From Eledone cirrhosa (Eukaryota): a DNA stretch of 64,000 nucleotides. Shown in pieces: positions 1-15,533 of the stretch. Position 1 is the first letter of the stretch, and each line of letters opens with the position of its first letter. A model generated the notes under the pieces. The model saw only the letters and a list, made by a program, of their open reading frames with translations, did no database searches and was not told the DNA's origin. The stretch lies in contig OZ024741.1 of NCBI GenBank assembly GCA_964016885.1, positions 198,152,001-198,216,000 of the forward strand. Reading direction: 5' to 3'. The translations under genes were made by a program, and so were the position numbers.

Positions 1-309
1 TAGGGCAGGGAACCAGTGTATTTTAAAGAGCTCAGGATTCCCTCTCCTTTGAGCACATTATTGACAGGGAGTAGCGAGAGTCTATGGCTCCGTTAATCTA
101 TCGTGATATTTCGCTCCTTATAACAGTCTTTTCTCTCTCTCTATTTGGTTGAGCACACTCGTCTGAGTGGTTTTGGGCTGCCCTTTCTAGCAGCTCGTCC
201 CTCAGACACCACTGGTTCCGTTCCCTAAACACGTTGTGACTTCTCTCTCCCACGTGTAGCTGGACAGTCGCTTTAAATTCTCTTAGAGTTGTCTGAAATG
301 TATAGCCTT

Positions 310-393
310 ACACACGCTGATGAACCATTGGCTATTTATTTCTGTCAACAAATTATTGGCGAAACAGATCTCTTTGGATTTGTACGTGGGTGT
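310..393 (+). ncRNA. Type I hammerhead ribozyme motif
   Basis: cacg-CTGATGA(317-323)-long imperfect stem II-GAAAC(361-365)-agatc/gattt stem III-GTA-cgtg. Stem I is cacg/cgtg. Confidence 0.75.
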
Positions 394-519
394 TATATAG
401 TTATAGAGGTTTGTATGTACACTTTAATTTATATTTTTAATTACCGTGTGTCTACCCTACCTTTCATAGGTTATAGATTCCATACACTGGTGGTTTTTCC
501 CTGTTTTATTGATGGCGCA

Positions 520-626
<107 letters not shown>

Positions 627-733
627 GTGTGTTACCTTTTCAACATATTGTATTTTAAAGATCTTAGGATTCCTTCTCCTTTGAGCACATTATTGACAGG
701 GAATAGCGAGAGTCTATGGCTCCGTTAATCTAT

Positions 734-845
<112 letters not shown>

Positions 846-927
846 GTTATTCCCGGTTGAATCGGAGGTAACCACAGTAAGTAAGGTACTCAATACATAG
901 CAGAGTATAAAAGTTTTAATATACATG

Positions 928-977
928 AGATTCTACAGGACTAGAACTGTTTCATTCTTTAGAAATCATCAGGAATA
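928..977 (-). ncRNA. Type I hammerhead ribozyme motif (same family as 29384-29434)
   Basis: Minus strand reads attc-CTGATGA-tttctaaagaat-GAAAC-agttctagtcct-GTA-gaat. Confidence 0.75.
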
Positions 978-1402
978 TATATATATATATATATATAAAA
1001 GCTTCTGAAGATACAGGATTTAGATTAATGGTAATGGCAGATTCCCCGATTCAATGCGCAGATTGTAATATACAGACACATCTTTATATATTAATAATGG
1101 AGCATGAACGGCTTTTTTACTATTTCTATTTCTCATCTCCTTCTTTTTGGAACATATGTAACACAAATAAAATGTCATAAATTTCTTTACCTTGCTTCTC
1201 TATCTGTTATTATTTATGCTCTCTGTACATTCACATTTATTCAACATGTCAGATTTCTTTATTCCTAATACTGTACGGATTAATCCTGTATCAATCGACT
1301 CTGTTCTACTTTTCATTTATTGCGGATTGTGGATCTACATTGAGCTTGAAGTTTTGTTGGGTAACTTTCTTCACCTTGATATATATACACACAATGCAAT
1401 GC

Positions 1403-1675
1403 ACAATGTAAATATTAATGAAAGAGTGTTTAATCTTTCAAACATTTAATAATTAACTATAGTTTCATCCTAGCACAAGGCAGGATTCTTCGGAGTTATT
1501 ACAAAAGTTAAACACAAATAGTATTAAAGCTTTGCTTCAGGAACATTTGGAGGATACATATTATGAGAGATTAGATAAGAGCAACCATTAATATTGCCTA
1601 GTGCTAGGATGAAATGATTGTTAGTTATTAAATATTTCAAAGATTAAAGACTCTGATTATTATTTACATTGTATT
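1403..1675. mobile_element. MITE-like element with about 80-bp imperfect inverted repeats
   Basis: 1403-1483 (…tttcatcctagcacaaggca) is the reverse complement of about 1595-1675 (tgcctagtgctaggatgaaa…). Confidence 0.55.
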
Positions 1676-1751
1676 TCGGCTCTGTATAATACTTACATCG
1701 AGCTATATTCGTACTTGTAACTGGGTAATATTTAATATTACTCACCATATA

Positions 1752-1935
1752 TAATTAGAAAGTGAACAACACAAAATATATCTACTCCATTACCAAATCC
1801 CAGAAATCCTAGACAATAATAATATACGTCTGGCTCGGTCGTGACGACCGATCCAGACGTATATTATTATTGTCTGGGATCCAGAAATCTTTGGTAATGG
1901 AGTAGTTATATTTTGTGTTGTTCACTTTCTAATTA
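1752..1935. repeat. Near-perfect 184-bp palindrome (foldback)
   Basis: taattagaaagtgaacaacacaaaat…cgtctggctcggtcgt-g-acgaccgatccagacg…attttgtgttgttcactttctaatta. Confidence 0.85.
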
Positions 1936-2049
1936 AATAGCTCTGTTCTATACATAGAGCACTCTTTTTTCTTTTGTGCGTGTGTGTGTGTGTGTGTGTG
2001 TTAGGTAATTCCGAAGGAAAAGCAAAGGAAAAAAGAGTGCTCTACGCAA

Positions 2050-2670
2050 TCTGACTTTTTCTAATATTAATAATACCATTCGATTCGTTTGCAATTATAC
2101 AAACAAGCCTCAATTTTAAAGCCATGTCAGTAGAATGAACCCTTCATTCTTGCTCTTGTGTTGGCATTTGTTTGTATAATTGCAAATAAATCGAATGTTA
2201 TTGTTAATATTCGAAAAACTCAGATTACATTTATTGTAGAGCGTAAATTTATGTAGAGCGTAAATTTTCTTTTTTATTTGAATTTGGCAAAGCCGGCCAT
2301 TTATCACTCGCATATAGGAAACTGACTGGCCAGGCTGCTGATATGCAAATCTGGCTGATCAGTGGATCTGTTAATATGCAAATCTGACTGATCAGCCAAT
2401 CTGCTAACATGCAAATCAGGCCGATCAGTCACTGTGTATTTTTGAAAATAGCATATACTTTCACTAGCTCTGACAGTTTGGCAGGTGAACAGTGAACTGT
2501 ACTGATGAAGCGTGATACCCAGAAACATTAGTGTCTGCAGTTCTGTTCACATGCCAACAAAGAGAAAGAATGAAGGATTCATTCTACTGACATGGCTATA
2601 AAATTGAGGCTTGTTTGCATAATTGCAAACGAATCGAATGTTATTGTTAATATTCGAAAAACTCATTTAT
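2050..2670 (+). mobile_element. Rearranged HHR-containing non-autonomous element (PLE pLTR-like) with inverted and direct partial duplications
   Basis: 2077-2167 is inverted against 2550-2640, and 2170-2222 is direct against 2613-2665. Three ~33-bp repeats each contain ATGCAAAT (about 2335-2430). An HHR lies at 2479-2556. Confidence 0.6.
2479..2556 (+). ncRNA. Type I hammerhead ribozyme motif with extended stem I
   Basis: gtgaacagtgaactgta-CTGATGA(2502-2508)-agcgtgataccca-GAAAC-attagt-GTC-tgcagttctgttcac. The flanks pair over more than 15 bp, and stem II carries a mismatch. Confidence 0.8.
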
Positions 2671-4244
2671 TGTATACAGCCAGTATAATTATATATATAA
2701 TTTTCCAGCTTTTCTCATCTTTTACCAAGCTTTCTACTTGATTTGGTATCAGAATTAGATCCCAAAGTTATCCCATCGCTAACCTATGTTTCACTTCAAA
2801 TAAACTATTCACATCATTTAACTATTTAGACTTCACTCGCAATGAAATAATGTACATCATGATGCACATCATCAAATCATTTACCGTATAATATTCATAT
2901 TTAACCATTCTCAATGCCTGAATTTATTTATGTGTGATACTATTGGACGCATTCAACGATATTAAATAATTAACGTATAAAGTAAATTTTCAATAACACA
3001 TGAATAAAATAAAAACATTATTACGATTATTTTTGCTCTTCATGAAATTGTTGTAGCACTTGCATGGTAATATAGACAAGCTATACTAAACAAAATCCTC
3101 CTTTCATTAATTTAAGCAATGATATTTATGTGAGAAAGGGAATCAGAAAGAATTCTGAAAAGAAAAGAGCGAATAGATGATTGAGAAAAGGTCTTCGAGA
3201 TGCTCCATTGAACATCTGCGTTGAAAATCAATTCGTCTAATAATAGTATGGAATATTATTGACCAAAATATTTTAGAAAAACATCAAATAAGTGATTTAC
3301 TTTGTTCGTCGGCTAGGAATAAATTTTATCAAAAGTCCTCGAACCATGATAAATTTAGAATCGTACGAATTGATCGTTGCTGGGAAATAAATTATTAAAT
3401 AACGAATTTGCCTTGTAGCTCCAGAAGAAATCTCTTAATCTTAGTAGTTGAATGGAACTTTTTACCTAAAATATTGATGCATCAAATATATCTACTATAT
3501 TGAGATATATTTGTCAATAATTTATAATCAGTAATAAAAGAAATGTGAAATCTTGGATATGTTTTACGTCCATCCGATAAAAATGGCCACCAACTATTTT
3601 TAATATGTAATTAAATCATTCCTTTTACTCGTGTCTAATCAGTTAATCTTGTACATATTCACACACTTTGTGTTTATTCATCAAATAAGTCTTTTCAATA
3701 TCTTCGACCTATTTTGGTTTAGGTCTATTTCGAATATTTCTTACAAAATTTTGAATAAGGAATTCATTATACGTAGATATAATAGGATGTTCTTTCAATA
3801 AACATGGTCAGATATTTACGCTTTCATAAACAGCAACTGGATAAAATTAGCCAAAAATGAGCAATATATTTTTCGTCTTATGTTATTTTTACTACCATTA
3901 TTATTTACTAAACAGTTATCAAAGTCTTCATCAAGAATCTTTTGACATTCTATCAGAATGGTGACATCTATTTTACCCAAAGTAACTCTCGCCCTGTAGC
4001 CTTTTCCATCGTCTGTGAGCAGCGCATTGAATGTGGAAAAGACAATTGGGGTAAGTTGATGAATCAATAATAATCTAGCGCTATTTTCTCATTTGAAGAC
4101 GTATAATGAAATTAATTGTACTGACATCCAAACAAACAACAATGGTTATGCAGTACCCAATACTAGACATAGTATTTGAGAATACTCTCTTTTACTACTA
4201 TTTATTCTTTCGAATTCTTCAGAAATGATACTGAATCAAATTTG

Positions 4245-4372
<128 letters not shown>

Positions 4373-4814
4373 GTATTTAGGGTCTGTGGGATAATCGAAG
4401 AAAAGATCGTGGAAAGAGGAAAATAGTGAGAAAGAAGAAATATTTGAAACATACAATTGTGTAGTGGTAAAGAGAGCTGGTTAATAGTTCCAACTATACA
4501 ACAGTTAAGTTCATAACAACAGTTAAATATGAAACTCCAAGTTTAAGAAGGGAATTTTATCCTTTAAAAAACTCACTTGACCTTCACTTGATATATGTAA
4601 ACAGCTTTAAAAGAATCGTAGATAAACGTGCTTCACGCCAATAAATTGTCGTGAATTGTTTTGGAAAATAACCTTCAGACATATGATGAAAAATTTAAAT
4701 AAACAAAGTGGAATACTCTCATAGATTTATCATCTGTTTATCTCATAAGAGACAATGTGTTGGGCCTCCGTCGGTGTTCCGCCAATGAGTGTTTCAATCT
4801 TGTTTTAGTTTTTT

Positions 4815-5056
4815 AACCAACGGAACAGCCTGCTCGTGAAATTGACGTCTAATTCGCTTAGCATTTCACAGACACATATGCCATTTACGTAATTCTCAGA
4901 TTCAGCTTGGCACAGAGTTAACAAGGTTAGCCCTACCTTATTTTTTTCTAGGCGAGTGAACTAGAGCAACGTGAAATAAAGTGTTTTGCTCAAGGTCACA
5001 ACGTGCTGCCTGAAATTGAATTCACGACATTAACCACTAAACCACACGCCTTCACA
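4815..5056 (-). mobile_element. Degenerate tRNA-derived SINE
   Basis: aaataaagtgttttgctcaaggtcacaacg…gaattcacgac…taaccactaaaccacacgcc resembles a reverse-oriented SINE head and core seen in octopus repeats. Recognised from memory, not by search. Confidence 0.45.
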
Positions 5057-5498
5057 ATAAGAAGATTAAGAAGTTTCATAATTCTTAGCAAATACAACAG
5101 AAATAGATTTGTAATTATATTTTGCATCAAACATCTGAAGAGTTTTTTTTTAAATAACTTATAATTAATTTGCTATATACCTGTAGACACTCGATATATA
5201 TATATACATATGTATGTGTGTGTGCGTGTGCGTGTGCGTGTGCGTGTGCGTGTGCGTGTGTGTGTGTACATATTAGTGTTCACATTCGTGTCTGTGGTTT
5301 ATGCCACAAAAAAAATTTCAACAAAAAAATAGAGCTTGAAAAATAAGTGCTGGAGCCGATATGATTAACTGGGATCTAACATGTCCACAGTCTAATGACT
5401 CAAACCAGTAAAAGTGTACATGTGCATAGGCAATTTTTATACAAACAGTATTTTCGATAGATTGAATATTTTATGAATCTATATTTACAGTAAGCACC

Positions 5499-6590
<1,092 letters not shown>

Positions 6591-6737
6591 CTCTCATACA
6601 TTCATACATACATACATACATGATGATAGCGGGCCCCTTGTTATCGAGCAGGGCCAGTGGATTGGCAGTATCGGTAGAGGGTCAGACGCCATGCTTTGAA
6701 GCATAGAGTTACGTCCCTTTATATATATATATACGTA

Positions 6738-6810
<73 letters not shown>

Positions 6811-6939
6811 GCATACATATTTACACATTTTTGGGGGGGTGGGGGAGGTGACTCTTAGGAGTTCTTCCGCCCTGTGTCAAGTTTGGTTTTTTATCCTGCA
6901 GGGTGTCAAAAATTACCGAAGAAGGTGAGCAAGATAGTG

Positions 6940-9900
6940 GTCGCCAACAAGATCGGGGCAGGCATGCGAATAGAAGGATCGATGAGACTGACAAAGCACG
7001 GGCTGCGCGTCTGGCAGAACAGAGGGAAAGAGACAGAAGAAGGAGAGATCATGAATAGGATGGTCGGAGAGCTGCGCGTCTGGCGGAACTAAGGGAAAGA
7101 GACAGAAGAAGGAGAGATCATGAATCCGGCGGTCGGAGAGCTGCGCGTCTGGCGGAACAGAGGGAAAGAGACAGAAGAAGGAGAGATCATGAATCGGATG
7201 CTCGGAGAACTGAACGTCTTTGCCAACAAACCATTAGGGATAGAGCAAGGACAGTTCAACGTCGTGACCTCTCTGCTGATGTTGGACAGATGAATAAGAT
7301 CTGTGTCTGTTGTCATGCAATGTTTTTTCATGGTTAAACTGCTAACCTTTTGCTGTATGAATGGAAAAGTCAGGTTGGGGTATCTGCAGCCTTTACCCCA
7401 GGAACTTCACAGTTTATTTAGTACTGATCAACCTAGGGCAACGAGTTCAGGAAGAACCTCAGACAATACAACTGCCTGTTCCAAATGACATCTTTTGGGG
7501 CCGAAGAAGTTCGTTCCTCAAGGAGTGGATGGAATCCTTCTATTGTTATTCATGGTCAAATTCACCATTACATCGGTTCCTTAACCCCTAATCCCAACGA
7601 ACAACCCCAATTTCTTTAAATTTACTTCTTGGATCCTCAGGATAGTGTTGATTTGAGGATCAGGATACTCCATAACGATGGCATTCAGCGCGACATAGTT
7701 GAATTATTGGAAATAATACTCAGACAATATAACCCTTACGTTGCTTCATTTCGAATAGCAAAAGAACAAATTAAAAATATTCCTGAGGCTTCGATTATTA
7801 TTGATCCTGATAGGAGACCAGCAATGGAACATGAGAGAAGATTCAATGCACAAACTGCAAACGAAGTTGCCGTTATTATACAAAACAACACCGAACTTGA
7901 AGGAAAAGCACGGCACATTGTGTTGAAAGAAAAAGGCGGACAATTGCAAATAATCTCAGAGTCCCATCGGTCTTATGACAGTTTGCAGTATGTTGTATCT
8001 TTTCCTTTTGGCGATGACGGATGGCATCATGAGCTGTTAATGAGCAACAAGAAGTTGATGCCAATGCGCTACTATGCCTATCGAATAATGAACCATGAGA
8101 ATGAATTCAACCAACTTCTCAGAGACGGTCGTTTATTTCAGCAATATTTGGTTGACATGGCTGTGAAGATTGAAGGAGATAGACTGCAATACATCCGAAT
8201 GAATCAAACATCATTGCGATCTACAACATACATGAGCCTTACTGACGCATTGAATGATGACGATTTTCGCAATATTGGCAGGCGAATCATACTCTCTTCC
8301 ACATTTGTCGGGGGACCGAGATATATGATGGAGCGATGCCAGGATGCCATTCTTCATCACAATGACATGCAATCCAAACCTATTCCTGAATCAGAAGCCA
8401 CATGACAGGCCAGATTTAATTGCCAGAGTATTTGATTTGAAGCGGAAACTGTTAAGAAAGTATCTTACTGGAGTAGATGGCCTATTTGGCAAGTGTATTG
8501 CTTACCTGCTGACAGCCGAATATCAAAAGCGAGGTCTTCCTCATGTGCACCGTTTGATATGGCTCAATGAAGCCTCTAAGCCCAGACCGCAGGAATATGA
8601 TAAATTTGTTCAAAACGAAATACCAGATCCAAACAAAGATCCAGAGGGTCATGAGATGGTGCTGAAGCACATGATCCACGGTCCGAATTGCTCTAACAAT
8701 TCGCCGTGCTGGAAAGATGGAACGTGCAGTAAGCGGTACCCTAAGCCTTTCAATGAATATACATTGTGTGGAGAGGACACTTATCCTGTGTACAGAAGAC
8801 GGTCTTCAGGAATGGGTGGTTCCCTACAATATGAAACTATTAAAACTGTTCAACTGCCACCTAAATGTAGATATGTGCTCTTCCGTGAAATCGATCAAAT
8901 ACGTTATCAAATATACCATGAAGGGCAGTGATCAGGCAATGTTTGGAGTGAACAGGGAAGATGAGATAACACAGTATTTAACAGGAAGATATATCGGTCC
9001 TTCAGAAGCTGTTGCCTTGGTACTTGGATTTCCAATTCATGAGAGAGAACTGGCCTTAGTTCGCCTTCAAGTCCATCTACCTGAGGAAAATCAAATCTTC
9101 TTTCGGGTCAATGCTGCTGTAAACAATAACATGGCTAAGACGACTCTGACTGAGTTCATGGATCTTTGCGATCGCGATCCGTTTGCAAAAACATTGTATT
9201 ATGCCGATGTCTCAAAGTTTTACACTTGGAGTAATAAGAGATGGGAAAGGAGAAAGGTGGGGAAAACAGTTGAGCAGTATCCAGGGATTTTTGAGCGAAC
9301 GTTTTGGGAGGAGTATACACTGTTTCTCCACGTGACCTGTATTATTAAGACTCCTTCTACATCACGTCAAAGGGCCAGTATCCTTCAACTCTTTGAAAAT
9401 GTGTGATGGAGAACTCCTGCCATTATTCAAAGACGTCTGCAGAGAGAAAGGTTTGCTTCAATCGGATGATCATTGGCAGCAGACTCTGAAAGATGCTGAG
9501 CGAACAAGGCTTCCCAAAGCCATGAGAGATCTATTCATCGTTCTCCTCACAAATACGGAAATTGACAATTCCAGTGCTTTATGGGTTCGATTTAAGCATT
9601 CGCTGTCTGAGGATTACCTTCAAATAGAAGCAAGGGCTACCAGGAACTCTAACCTTTTGATTAGCGAGAGACATTATGATCAATGTCTTCTGTATTTTGA
9701 AGACAAACTTAACGACCTGGGCAAAAGTCTTAGTGACTTTAACTTGCCAAGGCCAAATAATATTGTTGCTAATCAGGATAATCGCAATTTGGTGTTATTG
9801 CATGAATTGCAATACACCAGAGAAGAGCAGCGACGATTTGTAGAAGAGACGGAGCCTCTATTGAATAGTGAACAAAAACACGTGTATGACTTCGTTTGTA

Positions 9901-11990
9901 ACAGTTTAGAGACGAACACATCTGCATTGATTTTCATTGACGCTCCAGGTAGAACAGGAAAGACATTCCTGATTAACTTAATTCTTTCAAGTCAGGGGAA
10001 ATGCTGACGTGGCTATTGCTGTTGCGTCATCTGGCATTGTCGCAACACTGATGCCTGGTGGAAAAACAGCACATTCTAGGTTCAAAATACCGATAATAGT
10101 GAAAGAAAATGGTCTGTGCAACATTGATAAAAACTCAAAGACGGCAAACATCTTCCAGTATACAAGGCTGATTGTTTGGGATGAGTGTCCTATAATTCTG
10201 AGGGAAGGCTTCGAAGCTGTTGACCTCATTCTGCGACAACAATGAGGCATTCGGTGGAATTTTGACAATTTGCTGTGGCGATTTCCGTCAGCTTCTTCCG
10301 GTAGTGAAAAGGGGAAATGAAGCGGACGTGGAAAACGCCTGCATTAAAAAATCCTACTTATGGCGAAGCTTCAAAAGATTTCAGTTGAAGACAAACATGC
10401 GATTGGGTGGAGGAGCAGGATACTATTCACAGTCACTATTGGATATTGGAGAAGATAAGATATAAAAAAACTGAAAATGAGGAAATTATTTTGCCAAAAG
10501 AAATGGTTCTCCAAGCAACAACTATGGAAGAATGTATTGATTTCATCTACCCCTCATTCGACAATCCAGCTGAAGGGTTTTAGAACAATTGCATCTTAGT
10601 ACCTCTCAATGAAATGATGAGAAGCATCAATTCCACCTGTATTAGACGCTTCCCTGGAACCATAAAAGAGTACCGATCCTATAATTCTGTGAGTGATGGT
10701 GCCAATGCCATTCCTTGATTCGGTTGAACTATCAGGACTGCCACCACATAACCTGGAATTGAAAAAAAGGATCGCCAATAATTCTTATGAGGAACTTGAA
10801 TCCTCCAAGGCTTTGTAATGGAATGCGCATGATCGTGGAAGAACTGCACGACAATCTCATAGTAACAAGAATCAACACTGCTGCTTTCAGAAATGAGATC
10901 GTTATGATACCTAGAATAAGAATTAATCTATCCGAAGGTGAGGATATCCCTTTGCAGCGAAGCCAATTCCCAGTTCAATCGTGCTTCGCTGTGACTATTC
11001 ATAAAGCACAAGGACAAACTATTGGTTTATCTGGAACGACCTGTATTCCAACACGGTCAACTGTATGTAGCCCTTAGCCGCGGAAAACGAAAAGAAAATG
11101 TCAGAGTGCTTATGAAGGACACCCAGTCAACTAAGAATGTTGTTATCAAAAGCATTCTTTTGAACAAACTGTAACAGCGTAAATATGAGAAAATGTTGAT
11201 TCCGACGTCAGAAAATGAAAGGAAAAGAAAAAACTAAGACAAGTAAGAATAATTTCTTTCAAATTTTTGTAAATAAAACCAGCTTTTCATTAACATTGCA
11301 CATTTTTAAGCAGAAAAATCTTTCAGAACAAACAGTCAAGCATCCATAGAGATATAGAAAAAAGAATTTTGAAGTGGAGTGGATAGCTATTAGTGAAAAA
11401 TGATTTGATATTTTCTTTGTGAAAATACTTGTGAATAATACAGTGAAAAGACAAGTTTCGCGTAAATCGGACCACGGGTTCCCGAGATACGCGGGGGGTT
11501 TTTTCGGATACCTTTATAAATATTCAAATCAGCACATAATGGGAAAATACTTTGAAAGTAAGGTACCATTGAAATGTGAATACAAACGCAGATAGTGGTT
11601 GTGTGTGAGAGAGAGAGAGAGAGAGGGGGGGAGAGAGCTGGTGGTGTTGTTGAATGAAATTATGACAGGTGACTTCAAAGAATTGAATACAGCATTACTG
11701 TATCTAGCTTGAATTTGGTGACTCAATATTAAGTTATATGCATCTTATAACTTGTGTTAGGACAGGATGTATGTGTGTGTGTGTGTCTGTGACCAGTGTA
11801 TATAGGCCACAGACACCCACACACACAAACACATATATATATATACACATACATATACACACACACATACACGTATATATATATATTGGCTTTCCAATGT
11901 CATTTTACATTATATACATTTTGTGTATATTTTAATTATTTAAAAATTATTTTTAAGTGAACATGACCCAACGGGTCACGGGTGGTCTAG
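6940..11990 (+). mobile_element. Helitron (autonomous type, decayed); 5' end uncertain
   Basis: Fragmented RepHel coding region, a 3' hairpin tgaccc-aac-gggtca (11964-11978) and terminal CTAG (11987-11990) followed by T in (TA)n. Confidence 0.85.
7000..11163 (+). pseudogene. Helitron Rep (HUH, Y2) / PIF1-like SF1 helicase pseudogene, frameshifted
   Basis: N-terminal 69-bp (23-aa, STPR-like) repeats; CCMNGKV zinc motif; Rep motifs FITMTCNP, EYQKRGLPHVH and KYVIKY; helicase motifs DAPGRTGKT, IVWDE, GDFRQLLPVV and FAVTIHKAQGQT, spread over many ORF fragments. Confidence 0.93.
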
Positions 11991-12037
11991 TATATATATA
12001 AAATTGTAAGTTTGAAGAACATTCAGATAAAATATAG

Positions 12038-12527
12038 CCATGAGTCAGCCAGTCTCGAGTGGTATCGTCCAGCGAAAGAAATGGAAATTATTTTTTTCCG
12101 AGTACTCTAGGAACGTAGCTACCTTAGGCCCCGGGAGCGCTAGCGGGAACTCCACAATTTCGACAGGCCATTGTCTATACCAAACGAATACTATTAAATC
12201 CCACATGAGGGGTTTATTTACGTGCCAGTAGAGGCATGATACAGCTAATAGTTATGCCTAAACCTGGAGTTTGTAGGTACAAGTATAATGTGGCGGCCAA
12301 AACAGGCGGCGCGGTGGGACCGCGGCAAAGCAACCCGCTCCGAGTAATTTCATTTACCGAAAGAGGAGAAATTTATTTTTTCGATCACTCAAGGAAGGCT
12401 GAACTCTCCGAGTGTCCAGCGCGCAGCCGGGAAAAAGCCACCACACAAGTCGAAGGTAGCAACCCAATGAAATAATGGTGTAATATTGTGAAGAGTACTC
12501 AACGCAGTGAGACTGGCTGACTCATGG
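12038..12527. mobile_element. Small DNA element with perfect 19-bp inverted termini
   Basis: ccatgagtcagccagtctc (12038-12056) and gagactggctgactcatgg (12509-12527). GC content is higher than the flanks. Confidence 0.55.
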
Positions 12528-14180
12528 TGGGGGGGGGGGGGGGTGCTGGCTGGAACTCCCAATCGAAATCTTTACTCTATATCCCATCCTAATATCTTAT
12601 CGAGATACATTTTTTCATATAAGACTCTCTCCGTAAGTTCATTAAACAAATAAATCTCGCTACCTTAATCTTTAATTCTCTAATAACTTATTTTTCAATT
12701 TATCATTTTGCAATTTAATATTTTTAATTTAATTTAATTTCATCCTATAACTCGCAACATAAGTTTAACGTTCCAATCTTCGGTTCACACATTAGACCAT
12801 ACAGACACCCATTATAGATTCTTTGGGGTAGCATTTTTTCGCGGCATTTTCTAGCATGAATGTAGTATGACCCTTACACTACACTTCTTTCTCCCTTTCT
12901 TTCTTTCTTCCCCTTCTTCTTTGACGGAGTGGTGGTAGTGCATTATAAGCCTTCGCCCCTCTCACCAGATATTCATTAGTAGCTTCAGTTGCCACCACTT
13001 TGAGGGCGACTGGCCGAGAATCTAGTTGGTCAGTCGTCCTCTCTGTCTCTGTCTCTGATTTTTCGGACCCATGGTTTTTTACATATTCCTTTGTTATATT
13101 CCAATACCTGATGATATCACCGGATTCATATGGAACCCGGTCATTGAAATGATCATAGTATAATAAACCTTTCAAGGATTTACACCAGTCCAGCCTCCTG
13201 TTATTTTATTTCATTTATATATATATATATATAATTTCCCCTCATAACAGAATAATAGCAAAACGAATACCTCAAACCCAAACGAACCAAGACCCACCAT
13301 ACAAATACAATTATTCAGCCACAAAAGACAACATTAAACATTATAAAACAATGTCCACCATTAAATAATTCATTCCTAATCATCAAAACCTGAAATCCAG
13401 AACCAAGACTAAATCTAAACTAAATTTAAACATCACAAATGTAGATGATAACATAATAGAACCCACTATAGTTATAGATAACGTAAGATAACCCCACTAT
13501 ACTTGTACTAAGACGACACAATCATCTTTAATATCCAGTTTTCGTCAAAGATTGGGGTCTGGATAAATTAGGTCTCTATATGTACTCTACAGAGTATTTG
13601 ATCATAAAACTACCAAGCCCCAAATACACAACCATCATACTCAGCGGCTGTGGTCCAAAACTTATTGTCTACTCTCAAAATTAAGTTGAACTAAATTAAC
13701 GGAAACCCGAAATAGACACTCCATAAACCCAGATAAGATAACACAATTCAGAATAATTAATTAAATTCAGAACCAGCAATAAAATGAATTTAATCAAACA
13801 GATGCTAGAATCTAAATACATTGTTAAATTCACCATTCAAAAAAAAGAAAACAAAACAACAACAAAACAATTTAAAATAGACTAAGTAAATTAGAATTGT
13901 AAACTAAAATGCACAAACGGCCCTAAATTTATAAAATTATTGTACCTGTATCTATCTAACGTCCATCTAACCATGTTACTACAAGTCAGACGACATAAGT
14001 ACGCTGCCCCACAGCAATAGCCGAAAACAAGAGCGAAGAAATTTGAAGAGGTAGAATCCCTAGCGCAAGCCCTGCGACTTCAGATTCTTCTCTCAAGCAC
14101 ACACACACACGCACACACACACATACACATACATACACACACATGTGTATATATATATATATACATGCATATATATACAT

Positions 14181-14214
<34 letters not shown>

Positions 14215-15037
14215 ACATACATATATATATATGCATACATACACACATACAGACACACAGATACAGACACACACACACACATATGAATACCTTTTATAAT
14301 ATTATGTGTGTACTTGAATATATCAGAGTAAATGTATATAAAAGTGGGCATGTAGTATCATGAAGAACCACTTACTATTAACTGGTTTCAAATCCTTGTC
14401 AATTCGTTTCTTTTGATTAGATTCAATATCAACATTTGCATATTGCGTGTTTAGTCGATTGAATCGAGCTAAATGTATTACTAGCACTTAATTTATTGTT
14501 GGCAAAGGTAAAAGCGATAGAACACTGATTTAAAACAGAAATACTACTCTCTTGACCATACAAGTATTTTCATTTTACATAAGCAGAGAGCCTCTGATTT
14601 ATACGGGATGTGAAGTGATGTGTATCGCATGCCTTTCCAACAGGTATTTTGTCGCGGAATATTGATTATATTCAACCAGGGCACAATATCATATATGTAG
14701 ATAGGAAACGTAAAATCACCTACTTTGCTAGTCCAGCCATAGGCATCACTGTTTGTCTAGTAGCGTAAACCACGAATACTTCTCTTGCTTGCCAGAAATT
14801 TCTGGGTTCCGTAAGAACTTAATAAAACCAAGTAGGAGACCCTATGCTAATCCCTTTCCGCTCGTCTAACGTTGATTCTCCTCATATTTTCGGTACACAG
14901 CCCTATCCCTGTCCCCTTCTGCTCATCTAATATCATTCCTCCTGCTTCTTCCTATAACCCCACTCTATATTCATAGCAGAACGAATGTAACTGTGCGATG
15001 TAGTAACTTTTAAAAGAAATTAAACCAGATCCTAGTC

Positions 15038-15300
15038 TTGGCGCATCATGAATTCATCTCTTGCTCTGACTATGTTGAGTCCCAAATCTTTCCCCAATAC
15101 ATCGGCCCCACTCCCGAGTTATACAGATGTTATATTGACATCTGCACCACGTCACTCACTCGAGTACAGCGCGACTCCTTCCTCTCCTCTGTTCTTTCCA
15201 TTCCGCCCTTCACGTTTTCATCTCCACCAGTTCTGTCCATTTTCTGGATATCTCTGTTTCTATCAACTACTCCAATCGCTCCCTCATTAATATCCGTACT
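15038..15300 (+). pseudogene. Decayed Penelope RT fragment (related to the element at 52105-56560)
   Basis: YVESQIFPQYIGPTPELYRCYID aligns with YLDAQIFSQYAGPTPEPYGRYTDD in the ORF at 53223-53996. Confidence 0.7.
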
Positions 15301-15492
15301 TGTGAAGTATATTGCACAGAAACGGATTCCGTCAAGAGAATGGTGCATAACGTATCTGTTCCCAAACACAGCCACTGCACGAGCTATTAACTAAAATTCA
15401 TTGATTATACGAATAGATATTTGGAAAGCCTTCTAGCTATGAATGTTGAAAAGCTGACGTCTAACGCCATCCAGCAGATGTAACGGGGGACA

Positions 15493-15533
15493 ACTATCAA
15501 GGCATTTCTGGCTCTGGTCGTGATCAGGATAGT
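15493..15533 (-). ncRNA. Degenerate hammerhead motif (family of 42043-42084)
   Basis: actatc-CTGATCA-…-GAAA-tgcctt-gatagt. Stem I is a perfect 6 bp but core G8 is mutated. Confidence 0.45.

Noticed and set aside
3816-4067. 83-aa minus-strand ORF in non-repetitive sequence
   Set aside because: No recognisable domain or splice support.
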